This document shows positions 1 to 9,365 of a stretch of 64,000 bases of DNA, piece by piece. Position 1 is the stretch's first letter. Every line of letters starts with the position of its first letter. A model generated the notes under the pieces. That model did no database searches. It was not told the DNA's origin and saw only the letters and a list, made by a program, of their open reading frames with translations. The position numbers and the translations under genes were made by a program. The stretch spans positions 1 through 64,000 of IMG/VR virus record IMGVR_UViG_3300048548_000653; one strand, written 5' to 3'. The stretch is from a virus.

Positions 1-80
1 AAAAATTTGCTGTAATCAGCAGATTCTTGATGATCCCAGCTATTGTAACTTGCTTCTTTTATAATTTCTCTAAATCTCAC
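1..80 (-). CDS. partial CDS (N-terminus MRFREIIKEASYNSW...), probable virion internal protein
   Basis: GTG at 80 overlaps the upstream stop; open frame to the window edge; shares the M-R-x-x-E-[IL] leader of neighbouring late genes. Confidence 0.55.
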   Translation of the reverse strand, partial: MRFREIIKEASYNSWDHQESADYSKF

Positions 81-1201
81 GCCGGTGTCCACCTTTTCCT
101 TGGTACTAATTTTACATTGCCAAACTTCTTATCCATTCCTGCATAACGAACTCTTCCTTCGCCATTTGTGTCCCAAATGTCTCCTTGTTCGCCTTCAATT
201 TGGTCTATAATTTGATCCTTCATACGTTGTATCATTTTCACAAGTTCAAATATAGCACCAATGGCTTTTGTTCTTTGATTAAGTTCGCCTATTTTGGCTT
301 GCTTTGGAGCACTTACTTTACTGCTTTGCAACCATTGAAAGAAATGCTGTTCACTTAGGCTATCTAATTGTTTTGCTTTTGCTGTTTGATTTACATATGT
401 ATAAATTATATTTTTTAAATCACTTAATCCAGGTACACTTGCTAAAAATTCATCCATTTTAGGACCTTGTGCTTTAACAAATGATTCTACTTTGTCAATT
501 GCTGTTGTATTTACTTTAACTGGCTTTGTGTTATAAACTGGCCCTAAAACAACTACATTTGGATTTAAGTTAAAGGCACTAAAGTCTTGCATAGGTTCCT
601 GTGTTGCATCAGGTGCACCAAATTCTGGAAAGTAAGCGTGTCCGACAACCATTATATTTGCTTTTGCAATTTGTCTACCTAAGTCGCTATCTGCTTTTAC
701 GTGATAGCAAGTTTCGGATTTTGGATTTGGACAAAATGTATACACGCCATTTTTTTGTGCCGGTTGATCTAAAAATAATCCATCAGCATAAACATAACCT
801 ACAAAGTCACTTGGCGTTGCTTTATCAAAATCATTGTATAGACTTGCAAATTTATTACCAAATTCTCTACGTGCAGCAACTTCTTCTGGTGTTTTAGGAT
901 TACCTGATTTATTTATTATAAAGTCTGCTACTTCATCTGCACTTGTAGCGGCAGCTCCTTTACTCCAAGCATTGTGTCCTGCTAATACAAGTGGACCGCC
1001 TTTTTCTGCTCTTCCCCAATATATCTGTGGATTACCGTCCCACTTCATACGTATGCTGTTGCTGCCTTCTTGGCTTGCAAAATCTTTTAAATGTTCCAGA
1101 GCTTCAATTGTCCCGGCACTGCCATAGAAAAATACTAGATCCTCTAAATGGTTAAATGCTCTACCAAGTTGTTTGGCTTCAACTAGTTCTGCATATCTCA
1201 T
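77..1201 (-). CDS. DUF6267-like phage protein with KxDG (ligase motif I-like) sequence
   Basis: HLEDL and RMKWDGNP motifs, C-terminal EGRV...VKLV; MRYAELVE leader. Confidence 0.6.
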   Translation of the reverse strand: MRYAELVEAKQLGRAFNHLEDLVFFYGSAGTIEALEHLKDFASQEGSNSIRMKWDGNPQIYWGRAEKGGPLVLAGHNAWSKGAAATSADEVADFIINKSGNPKTPEEVAARREFGNKFASLYNDFDKATPSDFVGYVYADGLFLDQPAQKNGVYTFCPNPKSETCYHVKADSDLGRQIAKANIMVVGHAYFPEFGAPDATQEPMQDFSAFNLNPNVVVLGPVYNTKPVKVNTTAIDKVESFVKAQGPKMDEFLASVPGLSDLKNIIYTYVNQTAKAKQLDSLSEQHFFQWLQSSKVSAPKQAKIGELNQRTKAIGAIFELVKMIQRMKDQIIDQIEGEQGDIWDTNGEGRVRYAGMDKKFGNVKLVPRKRWTPA

Positions 1202-1941
1202 AACATTCTCACGCTGTTCAAAGTTAAGCCTGCTAGTTGTTTAATTCTATCCAACTCTACTGATTCTGTTTTCCAGTTACGATCTTGCTCTAGTTCTGCC
1301 ATTAATGCATCTGCTTCGTTAGGTGGCAACTTTGCCATTATGGTTTCTAAGCTACCAAGATCGTTAGCATTTGCGGCATCGCCTAACAATGCTTTTGCAA
1401 TATCATTTAGATCGCTAGAAATAAATTCACCTGCTTTATTTTGTTCTGTGCGGTAAAATAAACCTTTCCAAGCACTCCACAACATACCTTTGGCTTTTGC
1501 AAGTTTTGCAATAGCAAGTTGCTTGTGTATACCTTTATACTTAGAACCTTGTGGTATGTCGTGTTTATGAAATTTGCTTACAACGGCTGCATCATCAACT
1601 ACCATTATATCTAATTGATGACTTTCGCCGCCAAGTGGCATTTGTACGTGTACATTTGTGCCTATAACTTTTGTGTTGAAACCTTTTTGGGTAATGTAAT
1701 TACTCAATGCTTGTTTTGCTTCTTTAACGTTTGTGCTTTTAAAATAACTTATCACAGCATTAGCATCAACAATTACATCTAAGTCCCCAGAGCGTTTACC
1801 TGGTGTAGGTGTAGCAGCACTGCCTACAGGAATACATTCTATACCTGTGCCTTTGAGAATCTTATTGTTCACTAGATCTAAAAGTTCTTCTATAGCATTG
1901 TGATCAAAATCACTAGTACCATCAAATACTCTGCCGCCCAT
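1198..1941 (-). CDS. Pol-beta superfamily nucleotidyltransferase
   Basis: GS-x10-GDLDV motif plus third Asp in QLDIM; C-terminal ESVELDRIKQLAGL. Confidence 0.65.
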   Translation of the reverse strand: MGGRVFDGTSDFDHNAIEELLDLVNNKILKGTGIECIPVGSAATPTPGKRSGDLDVIVDANAVISYFKSTNVKEAKQALSNYITQKGFNTKVIGTNVHVQMPLGGESHQLDIMVVDDAAVVSKFHKHDIPQGSKYKGIHKQLAIAKLAKAKGMLWSAWKGLFYRTEQNKAGEFISSDLNDIAKALLGDAANANDLGSLETIMAKLPPNEADALMAELEQDRNWKTESVELDRIKQLAGLTLNSVRML

Positions 1942-1978
1942 CTTTTTCTCCTGTTATAGAGTATTTATCGCCTAGTAT

Positions 1979-2007
1979 ATATTAACATAAAGAACTTATT
2001 ATGTCAA
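1979..2007 (-). promoter_or_regulatory. sigma70-type promoter
   Basis: TTGACA-N17-TAATAT on the minus strand; a TAAATA late-type site follows near 1962-1967. Confidence 0.6.
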
Positions 2008-2162
2008 TCTTTTTCTATTTCACACTTACCTTGCTTGCCACAATGTGGACAATGGAATGTATATCTATCAATACACATTTTTTCCATTGTTGCATATGTA
2101 AACCAATTTTTACACTTGATACAAGTTAGATGCCAAATAGTTTCTTTTACTGCTCGAAACAT
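2004..2162 (-). CDS. small Zn-ribbon protein, 52 aa (not in ORF track)
   Basis: MFRAVKETIWHLTCIKCKNW...FHCPHCGK, two CxxC pairs; ATG overlaps the upstream TAA. Confidence 0.65.
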   Translation of the reverse strand: MFRAVKETIWHLTCIKCKNWFTYATMEKMCIDRYTFHCPHCGKQGKCEIEKD

Positions 2163-2386
2163 TATTTTACCCTTTTGAAAAAGCCTTCAGGTGAATGTAT
2201 AGCAGTTATAAGTTCTTCCCACATTTTTGGATTCAATTCAAGTACAAATTCGACATCTAGTGCTTCATCATCTTGTGTAATATAAACTATATCGTCGTAT
2301 GAACGTACTTTAATATCACCGTAAGTGCCGGTGTCATCCATTACAGTTATGCAAATCTCATCGTGATCAAATTCTACTGTATACAT
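2162..2386 (-). CDS. hypothetical phage protein
   Basis: 74 aa ORF preceded by TAAATA. Confidence 0.6.
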   Translation of the reverse strand: MYTVEFDHDEICITVMDDTGTYGDIKVRSYDDIVYITQDDEALDVEFVLELNPKMWEELITAIHSPEGFFKRVK

Positions 2387-2409
2387 AAAAGTATTTAGTT
2401 TTCTTAGTT

Positions 2410-2484
2410 TGGCATAGGTGCAAAGAATCGAACTCTGTCTTTCGGATTTGGAATCCGACGTGCAACCATTAACACTTCACCCAT
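2410..2484 (-). tRNA. tRNA-Trp(CCA)
   Basis: Cloverleaf; anticodon arm TCGGA-TTCCAAA-TCCGA; GTTCGATTC T-loop; encoded CCA. Confidence 0.92.
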
Positions 2485-2488
2485 AAGA

Positions 2489-2565
2489 TGGTACTCCCCG
2501 AGGGACTCGAACCCCCAACCAAAGCGTTATGAGCGCTCTGCTCTAACCAATTGAGCTAGAGGAGT
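2489..2565 (-). tRNA. tRNA with CAT anticodon, probably Ile2 (lysidine) rather than Met
   Basis: Loop CTCATAA; C4-G69 and C5-G68 pairs typical of TilS substrates; A73; encoded CCA. Confidence 0.85.
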
Positions 2566-2573
2566 GTTATTCT

Positions 2574-2647
2574 TGGAGCGGGTAAGGAGAATCGAACTCC
2601 TGTCTTCAGATTGGAAATCTGTAATAATACCATTATACGATACCCGC
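2574..2647 (-). tRNA. tRNA-Gly(TCC)
   Basis: GCGGGTA/TACCCGC acceptor stem, U73, loop TTTCCAA, encoded CCA. Confidence 0.92.
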
Positions 2648-2649
2648 TT

Positions 2650-2739
2650 TGGCAGTGAGACTGGGATTCGAACCCAGGGAACGCTTTCACGTTCTTCGGA
2701 TTAGTAATCCGACGCTTTCGGCCACTCAGCCACCTCACC
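2650..2739 (-). tRNA. tRNA-Ser with ACT anticodon
   Basis: Long variable arm GAACG-TGAAAG-CGTTC, G73, anticodon arm TCGGA-TTACTAA-TCCGA, encoded CCA. Confidence 0.88.
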
Positions 2740-2930
2740 TAATCTATTAGAAAGTTTATATCCTCTAAGTCTTCTCGTAAAACAAAATCATCAGGTAACT
2801 TTACACCATTGCCTTCTTTAATGTGTTCGACCATCTGCTTTATGTCACGAATACTAAAATTTGTATGCTTGTTTATAACATTCGTTGCTTCTACAAAGTT
2901 TGCATTTGGTTTGTATCCAATTACCATCAT
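2739..2930 (-). CDS. hypothetical protein
   Basis: Translationally coupled ORF. Confidence 0.55.
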   Translation of the reverse strand: MMVIGYKPNANFVEATNVINKHTNFSIRDIKQMVEHIKEGNGVKLPDDFVLREDLEDINFLID

Positions 2931-3112
2931 TTTGTTTTTACTCCAATATCATTGAGCATCTGTGATGCAAGTGCAGTAGTGCGCAATTGAGTTTCAAGAA
3001 ATTCCATTTCGTCACAAATACTTTGAGCTTGAATTGTTTCCCAAAGTAAACCGTGTGTCCTATAAGGCTGTGTAAATGTGTGCTCGATACTGTAAAATTT
3101 CATATAACTCAT
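2927..3112 (-). CDS. hypothetical protein
   Basis: AGGAG RBS; early promoter upstream. Confidence 0.55.
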   Translation of the reverse strand: MSYMKFYSIEHTFTQPYRTHGLLWETIQAQSICDEMEFLETQLRTTALASQMLNDIGVKTK

Positions 3113-3172
3113 TGTCTACTCCTACATAAACAAAATACTACAAGTTACTGTATCAGTCAACCGAAAAATGTA

Positions 3173-3385
3173 TTAATTATCCACCCATTCAACTTCATCT
3201 ATATCATAGATTAAATCAAAAGGCACAACCGCTTGCTCTGAAGAAGACAAATCCTGTACCTTAACAAGTTTTTTATCTACATCTCGTAGTAAAATTAAAC
3301 CAAACTTTTCTTCATCGTTTACTTTATATTTACAGGCATATGATTCACCTGGTGTAATATCTAAAATATCAATCATCTTTATCAA
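3173..3385 (-). CDS. hypothetical protein (possible SH3-like barrel)
   Basis: ORF within operon. Confidence 0.5.
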   Translation of the reverse strand: MIKMIDILDITPGESYACKYKVNDEEKFGLILLRDVDKKLVKVQDLSSSEQAVVPFDLIYDIDEVEWVDN

Positions 3386-3569
3386 ACTCTACTATGTTAT
3401 CATTTCGTACTATACTTAGCTTCGGCTTTTTTACATCTTCAAAAACACGATCAAATGTTTCATCAATATCCTCAGGCAAGTCTTCAAACTCAAAGTCTAA
3501 TTTTTCTTCGATTCTTTCAAGTCTGTCTATAATATCATACAGAATTGTAAATATCTCATTGCCAGACAT
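3369..3569 (-). CDS. hypothetical acidic protein
   Basis: Coupled to upstream stop codon. Confidence 0.55.
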   Translation of the reverse strand: MSGNEIFTILYDIIDRLERIEEKLDFEFEDLPEDIDETFDRVFEDVKKPKLSIVRNDNIVEFDKDD

Positions 3570-4081
3570 TATTTTGCCCTTAATTTTACTTCAACAGGAA
3601 TACGGTCACCAACACGGTAATCATTAAACGTGTAAGCTGTACCGCCAAATCCATTCCACTGGAATCTAATTTTATAATCTTTTATAACAGTGACTTGTTC
3701 TCTTGTCATAACTTCAGTACACTGACGTTCGTTTCTATACCCTGTAACAACTTGTTGAGATTGTTTGTTATCTGCTGCAATAACTCCACCTAAAATTGCA
3801 CCTATAGCAGCACCCTTATCTTTTCCTGTGGCACCTTTTCCTAACAGTCCGCCAATAATCATACCGCCTAGTACATCACCGCCGCTTGCGCCGTTGCCTT
3901 GAGTTTGGCCATAAATCGGAACACTTACATCTTGACATTGTGTAGTAGGTGTATTTCTATAAACTGATTCGTATCTTGGATTAATTTGGGTTACAGTTGC
4001 ATAAACTGTTTCCGCTTGAGCTGATATTGCAGTCGTTGCGATTGTTGCAAGGATAGCAGTAGTTGTTAGTAATTTTTTCAT
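3569..4081 (-). CDS. secreted glycine-zipper 2TM protein
   Basis: Signal peptide; GGDVLGGMIIGGLLG...GAAIGAILGGVIA. Confidence 0.75.
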   Translation of the reverse strand: MKKLLTTTAILATIATTAISAQAETVYATVTQINPRYESVYRNTPTTQCQDVSVPIYGQTQGNGASGGDVLGGMIIGGLLGKGATGKDKGAAIGAILGGVIAADNKQSQQVVTGYRNERQCTEVMTREQVTVIKDYKIRFQWNGFGGTAYTFNDYRVGDRIPVEVKLRAK

Positions 4082-4137
4082 AGTAGCCTCCGTGTGCCTA
4101 TATTTATTTTATAACACAATAAAAAATAATAGTCAAC

Positions 4138-4677
4138 CTAATTTTTCCAAAATCCTGATATTTGTAAGGTATACTTTGGTGTTAGTCCTGCATTAGCACT
4201 TAGATGTAAATGATCGCTATCCCAAATAAATCCGTCACCTGCACTCCAATGTGTGCTTGTTTGCCATTGTTTATCTTTGTCTTGATAGTTAATAAAATGC
4301 CCTGGTGCCCAGTCTTCTAGGTAAATGTTAGCACGAACTTTTTTTCTGTCATCACCGGGATACATATTGTTTATTTTAAAAAAGGTATCTCTGTGCATTG
4401 TGATAGTGTTACCCGGTGGCTGAAGTATTGTGCTTACAGTTATAGGCTCAATGTTGAGTTTTGCACCTATTTCATTGTAATCTATATCACCATTATCAAA
4501 CCATAGTTGTTGTATTTTGGTGTTATCTTCACTGTAACTTTCAGGAAATCCGCCAAATGTTTTATGTATGTCTTCTTGCTCACGCACCTGATAACTGATA
4601 CAACTACCTTTGTGTTGCTCATAATCTGCATTCAAGAATACATTAAAATTATAATCTAATTTAGTTGTAAGTATCAA
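4138..4677 (-). CDS. 2OG-Fe(II) oxygenase / cupin-like protein
   Basis: PGNTITMHRD (HxD), HLSANAG, KYTLQISG. Confidence 0.7.
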   Translation of the reverse strand: MILTTKLDYNFNVFLNADYEQHKGSCISYQVREQEDIHKTFGGFPESYSEDNTKIQQLWFDNGDIDYNEIGAKLNIEPITVSTILQPPGNTITMHRDTFFKINNMYPGDDRKKVRANIYLEDWAPGHFINYQDKDKQWQTSTHWSAGDGFIWDSDHLHLSANAGLTPKYTLQISGFWKN

Positions 4678-5021
4678 TAGTTTGCTGTGTCCTCTGTACC
4701 GTTACCATAGTACTTATCAATTTCCGTTGATGTAACACGATCGTAACGGAAACTTCTCCACGCACTTGGTTCAATATCAATTGCCCATACTACTAAAGTT
4801 TTTTCTTCTAGGTTGCGTATTTTAGTTTGACTCAGTTTATCATCACGTTGAGCAGGAGGTAACATACTAGGTATTAATGTACACTTCATTTTACGTTCAT
4901 CGCCACTGAGTTTTTTAAATGTTACATCTACAATTTCATTACCTAACATTTCTACTAATTCTTCTTTAGTAGGGATGCCTTTAAGTGCTGCTACTGTTTC
5001 CTGTACTTTGGTTGTACTCAT
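4674..5021 (-). CDS. WYL-like SH3 barrel protein (DUF2693-like)
   Basis: VTFKKLSGDERKMKCTL ... WRSFR. Confidence 0.7.
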   Translation of the reverse strand: MSTTKVQETVAALKGIPTKEELVEMLGNEIVDVTFKKLSGDERKMKCTLIPSMLPPAQRDDKLSQTKIRNLEEKTLVVWAIDIEPSAWRSFRYDRVTSTEIDKYYGNGTEDTANY

Positions 5022-5604
5022 TTACTTTCTCCAATATGTTATTCCAACTTACGTCTGGATTTCCTCTAATACTCAAAACAACTCTCAATTTATCAGTATC
5101 GTTGCGAGCTCTGTGCATAACGTCTGTGCGTAAAAGTGTAACGCCATTGATCACACAAGACTCTGCACATATATAATCATCGTGTAGTCCTTGTGGCATT
5201 GTGGCAACACCGCCGTGTACAATATTTTCATTGCCAAAATCATTTACATCATCTTCAAACCATTCATTGTAACCACATTCGCCATTTAAAATAGGAATGT
5301 TGATTGCCCATTGTCTCATTACATCACTGTCCGCTACTTTATCTCGATGTAAAAATAATTTTTTATTTGGCTTTGTTACAAATACCTTAATTGTATCTAC
5401 ATCAATGTCAAATTGATTTAAAATATTATCAATAGGCCAGTTATAATCTGTAGCATTAATCAAGTAACTAGTATAGGCATTTATAAAATTAGAATTAAAT
5501 TTAATTTCTTTTGGGTTATCTATATAGTAGCCAATATTTTCTTTATAGGTATTCAACATACCTTCTTGATCAAAATCAATATTTATTGACTTACTGTATT
5601 TCAT
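4981..5604 (-). CDS. 2OG-Fe(II) oxygenase-like protein
   Basis: [24 protein letters not shown]. Confidence 0.65.
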   Translation of the reverse strand: MKYSKSINIDFDQEGMLNTYKENIGYYIDNPKEIKFNSNFINAYTSYLINATDYNWPIDNILNQFDIDVDTIKVFVTKPNKKLFLHRDKVADSDVMRQWAINIPILNGECGYNEWFEDDVNDFGNENIVHGGVATMPQGLHDDYICAESCVINGVTLLRTDVMHRARNDTDKLRVVLSIRGNPDVSWNNILEKVNEYNQSTGNSSST

Positions 5605-6218
5605 CTACCATCTATAACTTTGTCTGCTAGTCCTGCATCCACTGCTTCTTGTGCTGATAGGAATGTATCAAACTTCATAGTGTCAAACAGTTCTTCAAAG
5701 GTTTTGCCTGCACTGTTATGTTTTACGTACAACTCAGTTAGACGCTTGTTAAGCCTCTTACCTTCATCAAATGAACGTATGGCATCTTCCATTTGTAGTT
5801 CTTGTACGTGTACACTACCGCTTGTGCCACGTGTACCCGAGCTTACTCTGTGAATCATTGTACGTGATTCTGGTAAAACATATCTATGTCCAGCGGCACC
5901 AGCTTGTGCTAGGAAACTGCCCATACTTGCTGCCTGTCCCATTACCATTGTATGCACAGGTGCTTTTACAAATTGCATTGTGTCATAAATTGCAAGTCCT
6001 GATGTAACACTACCACCTGGGCTGTTTACATACAACTTGATTGGCTTATTTTGATTTTGACTTTCTAAGAATAGCATCTGTGCTACAATAAGATTTGCCA
6101 TAGTGTCTTCAACAACACCTTGCATCATAATAATACGGTCTTTTAGCAGACGACTATAAATGTCATAACTGCGTTCACCTTTAGATTCACTTTCTACAAC
6201 AATAGGTACGAGTGGCAT
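5601..6218 (-). CDS. clpP: ATP-dependent Clp protease proteolytic subunit
   Basis: [33 protein letters not shown] (Ser), MIH (His), DTFLSAQEA (Asp). Confidence 0.95.
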   Translation of the reverse strand: MPLVPIVVESESKGERSYDIYSRLLKDRIIMMQGVVEDTMANLIVAQMLFLESQNQNKPIKLYVNSPGGSVTSGLAIYDTMQFVKAPVHTMVMGQAASMGSFLAQAGAAGHRYVLPESRTMIHRVSSGTRGTSGSVHVQELQMEDAIRSFDEGKRLNKRLTELYVKHNSAGKTFEELFDTMKFDTFLSAQEAVDAGLADKVIDGR

Positions 6219-6265
6219 AAATTATTCCTTCTTTTTGTTTATTGTATACTATTTTTTATGATTGG

Positions 6266-7537
6266 TCAATCATAAAGTTTTTTTAATTTATCTAATAAAT
6301 TAACCATTTGAGGGTACAAATAATCTTTATAACTTTGATTACGTGCAGCATCCAAAATAACAGTTTCTCTATATAATTTTTTCTGTTTACCTTTTTTTAT
6401 ATTTTCTGGAACATCCATTGCTTTTTCAACAAATTCTTTTAGAACGTCTAATCCCAAATACTGGTCTCTGTCTTCTGGTTCATCTATATTACTAATTTTT
6501 TTATGTACATCTTTCAACATTTTATTTGGTAAACTTGAAATATGTATTCCTCTGTGTTGTGGATATACTTCACTGTAAACAATGTTAATTTTCTTTTGCA
6601 ATTTTTTAGCCCAATTTACATAGTCAGGAACATTATGTAAGTTGTGTGCTGTCACAACCATATTTAAGTCAATTAATTCTACATTGTCTAAAGCTGCATA
6701 ATTTTTAACATTTTTGTTCAAAATATTCCAGTCAGCTTCGTGTCTGATATATTCATAAACTTTATCTGTGCCGTCGATACTAAACGTGTTAAAATTTTTC
6801 TTAAAATGTTTTATAATATCAATAACTCTGTCATCAATCATTGTTGCATTTGTATGAAAGTGTAATGTTGTATCTTGAGCAGCTCCTGTTTTAATATATT
6901 GCTCTAATAACCGTATTATATGTTTGTCATAAAATGGTTCACCGCCGCTTGCTTTTAAAGTTTTTATCTTGTGTGTATTTTCATACAACCATTCAAATTG
7001 TTTAGATTTGGCTGCTTCTTTGCGGGGATATTTGTGAGCCATAGCACCGGTGATATTGGCAAATTCATTTCTAGTGCCTTGTGCTTCTAATATATCAAAA
7101 TCTATGTTTAACCTATTACTATTTGACACATCGCACATTCTACAACGAAGATTGCACACATTGCTTAAAGTAATATCAATAGTAGCTAATTGGGGATTTT
7201 TTAGTTCCTTTTTCGGCATTGAATCTCTGCCTTGAGGTAAACTATACATTCTAAAACTTGTTTGCCCGTTATCTTCAAGTTTCCAGCAGATGTCACATAA
7301 AGGATTTCTTACACCCTTCAATGCATCTTTTCTAAGCTGCTGCATCTCTTTAGAATTAAATAATTCTTCTGGTGTTTTTAAATCCATATTTTCAATTTGC
7401 AATCCTTCATTGTATGTATTAAACATCATACAACAAGGTGAAGTAGCTGCAAGTTTTTCTCCTTCCCACATTTTAAGTGTAATTTCGTGGAAAGGATAAT
7501 AACAGAACGTATTATCCTTGTTTGGTTGATTTTTCAA
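6266..7537 (-). CDS. radical SAM protein with N-terminal twitch/SPASM-like Cys cluster
   Basis: CNLRCRMC, SGGEPF, FSIDG; N-terminal C..P, PCC and CDIC. Confidence 0.85.
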   Translation of the reverse strand: MKNQPNKDNTFCYYPFHEITLKMWEGEKLAATSPCCMMFNTYNEGLQIENMDLKTPEELFNSKEMQQLRKDALKGVRNPLCDICWKLEDNGQTSFRMYSLPQGRDSMPKKELKNPQLATIDITLSNVCNLRCRMCDVSNSNRLNIDFDILEAQGTRNEFANITGAMAHKYPRKEAAKSKQFEWLYENTHKIKTLKASGGEPFYDKHIIRLLEQYIKTGAAQDTTLHFHTNATMIDDRVIDIIKHFKKNFNTFSIDGTDKVYEYIRHEADWNILNKNVKNYAALDNVELIDLNMVVTAHNLHNVPDYVNWAKKLQKKINIVYSEVYPQHRGIHISSLPNKMLKDVHKKISNIDEPEDRDQYLGLDVLKEFVEKAMDVPENIKKGKQKKLYRETVILDAARNQSYKDYLYPQMVNLLDKLKKLYD

Positions 7538-7787
7538 TATTTTGTAGCCTTGATTTCAATACCAAATTTTCAACGAGTATTTTGGTCATACTTGCCATCA
7601 TAATAGTTTCTCTATAATGTTCTGGTGTTTCATACATCTGAGTAAGTACATTGTTTGCTACCATATCATAGGCAGCGTCTTCACTCATATTTAAAAAACT
7701 ATAATCAATTGAATCTTTTACATCAATATCTTTTGCAAGTTCAATAATCTTTCCAATTGCTTCTGTTTTTGATAATTTTTCTGTCAT
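7512..7787 (-). CDS. hypothetical protein
   Basis: ORF within operon; likely start MTEK. Confidence 0.55.
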   Translation of the reverse strand: MTEKLSKTEAIGKIIELAKDIDVKDSIDYSFLNMSEDAAYDMVANNVLTQMYETPEHYRETIMMASMTKILVENLVLKSRLQNIEKSTKQG

Positions 7788-8011
7788 TGGTTTACATACT
7801 CCGGCCAAGTAGATGCAAATTTATCTGCATCTGATTTATTTTCAAAATAAAACGTATCTTCATAGTTATCAGTATATATTGACACATCCCATTGCTGTTT
7901 AAGTAATGCTTTACAAAAGTCTTTGCCTCGACTACGCAAATCACTATGTAGCCTTACAGTATATCCAGGCTTCCAAGCTAACTTGTATTCAAATATTTCT
8001 ATAGGCGTCAA
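7784..8011 (-). CDS. hypothetical phage protein
   Basis: Coupled ORF. Confidence 0.55.
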   Translation of the reverse strand: MTPIEIFEYKLAWKPGYTVRLHSDLRSRGKDFCKALLKQQWDVSIYTDNYEDTFYFENKSDADKFASTWPEYVNQ

Positions 8012-8211
8012 TGCAAGTATCCGTAAGCTTCTTCTTTGTTGACATCAATGCCCCATTTTTCTTGTATTAAATTTACAATTGCATCAGGAATATCTTCGTC
8101 TTCGGCACCTTGAGGTACCCATATACCTTTTAAGTTGCCGTTTGTATCTAAAATAAATCCATAATCGTCTTCATCTATTGTATCTTCGAATCCTAAGTAA
8201 TCGTGACTCAT
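8008..8211 (-). CDS. hypothetical protein
   Basis: GGAG RBS before MSHDY. Confidence 0.55.
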   Translation of the reverse strand: MSHDYLGFEDTIDEDDYGFILDTNGNLKGIWVPQGAEDEDIPDAIVNLIQEKWGIDVNKEEAYGYLH

Positions 8212-8369
8212 CACTACTCCCCTAATGTAAAGTGTCTTCCTCGCTATAATTCTCATATTCTTTGATGCAAATAATGTCTTCTGCTTTTCCATCAAATGTA
8301 TTTAATGCATCGGTCAAATTCATAGCATAGATATGATGTTCAACTTTTAAAGTATCAATTACAAATGTT

Positions 8370-8582
8370 TTAATCATCCTGCGTTTCCCAATGCTTCAAT
8401 ATTTCTAGTTTTTCGCCTTGACCTTTGGTTTTGATGTAGCCATTTTTTATTAAACTATCAATGACTCCTTCAACCAAATATGCTTGATTTTCTTTATCAC
8501 CTATATAGCGTCCTACAAAAGTAAAAATTATTGCAGTACCAAATAACCAATAAGTTACTTCATTGTATAATATATCTAACAT
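8370..8582 (-). CDS. small membrane protein
   Basis: One TM segment; TAAATA directly upstream. Confidence 0.55.
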   Translation of the reverse strand: MLDILYNEVTYWLFGTAIIFTFVGRYIGDKENQAYLVEGVIDSLIKNGYIKTKGQGEKLEILKHWETQDD

Positions 8583-8589
8583 AATGTAT

Positions 8590-9312
8590 TTACACCTTTT
8601 GTGATCTAAGTTTTACGTAATTCAAACGAGTCATTGGCGTTTTAGTATCACGCTCAACATCAGTGCCTTTTATACGAGCAACAATATCATATGTTTCTCC
8701 AACAGCATACAAAAGCTTGTTTGTAAAACAAACAAGGTTATTGCCAATAGCACCGAAATGCATATAAGCAGGTTCGCTTATCCAGTCACCGTTCAAAGGA
8801 ATAACTTTTAATATTTCAATCTCACTGGGTTCAAGTTTATCACCTACAAGATGTTTGCTTTCTGTAAACTCAGTTTTGATTCTTTGCTTGTATAATCTGT
8901 CCTTTACTTGTCGTTCAATAAAAGCAGGTAAGTATGCCAATAAACCAATACGTCCAATGGGCATTTCGTCACTGCTATATGCTGCAAACAAATCTGCTTC
9001 AAACTGTGGTAAATCACCCATTGCTAACAAAGTGTAACGGCGCATATGTTTCTTGCCTTCAGCAACGTCTGCACGGTCTTGATCTGTGACTACAAGTGGA
9101 GTAAAATCTTCTGGAATAAAAGGACTTTGCTCGTTGTGCGCACTAGCGGTATACGCAATAAGTTCTTTGTTGCTGTAAGTTGGCGGGTTTTCGCTGTGTC
9201 TGCGTGTATGTTTTTCATAGCCTTTGTTAGCCTTATAAGCCGCATAAGCAAGCTCTATCAAGTATTCTGTTTTGTATGCTGTCATATCAACTGATGCCCT
9301 TGTGTGTGCCAT
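8590..9312 (-). CDS. hypothetical protein, possible C-terminal OB fold
   Basis: The promoter at 9329-9357 places the start at 9312 or 9285; ends TRLNYVK. Confidence 0.6.
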   Translation of the reverse strand: MAHTRASVDMTAYKTEYLIELAYAAYKANKGYEKHTRRHSENPPTYSNKELIAYTASAHNEQSPFIPEDFTPLVVTDQDRADVAEGKKHMRRYTLLAMGDLPQFEADLFAAYSSDEMPIGRIGLLAYLPAFIERQVKDRLYKQRIKTEFTESKHLVGDKLEPSEIEILKVIPLNGDWISEPAYMHFGAIGNNLVCFTNKLLYAVGETYDIVARIKGTDVERDTKTPMTRLNYVKLRSQKV

Positions 9313-9328
9313 ATAATGTTTATATATT

Positions 9329-9357
9329 TTTATAGCAGCTGGATTGTATATTGTCAA
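9329..9357 (-). promoter_or_regulatory. sigma70-type promoter
   Basis: TTGACA-N17-TATAAA. Confidence 0.65.
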
Positions 9358-9365
9358 GCTTTTTA

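Noticed and set aside
2695-2712. Reading the fourth tRNA as an amber (CTA) suppressor
   Set aside because: The 5-bp stem fixes a 7-nt loop TTACTAA with U33 then ACT, so CTA is off-register; genes ending in TAG (e.g. infA) are full length, so there is no sign of recoding
2556-2738. 60-aa ORF in the track
   Set aside because: It lies over the tRNA-Gly and tRNA-Ser genes
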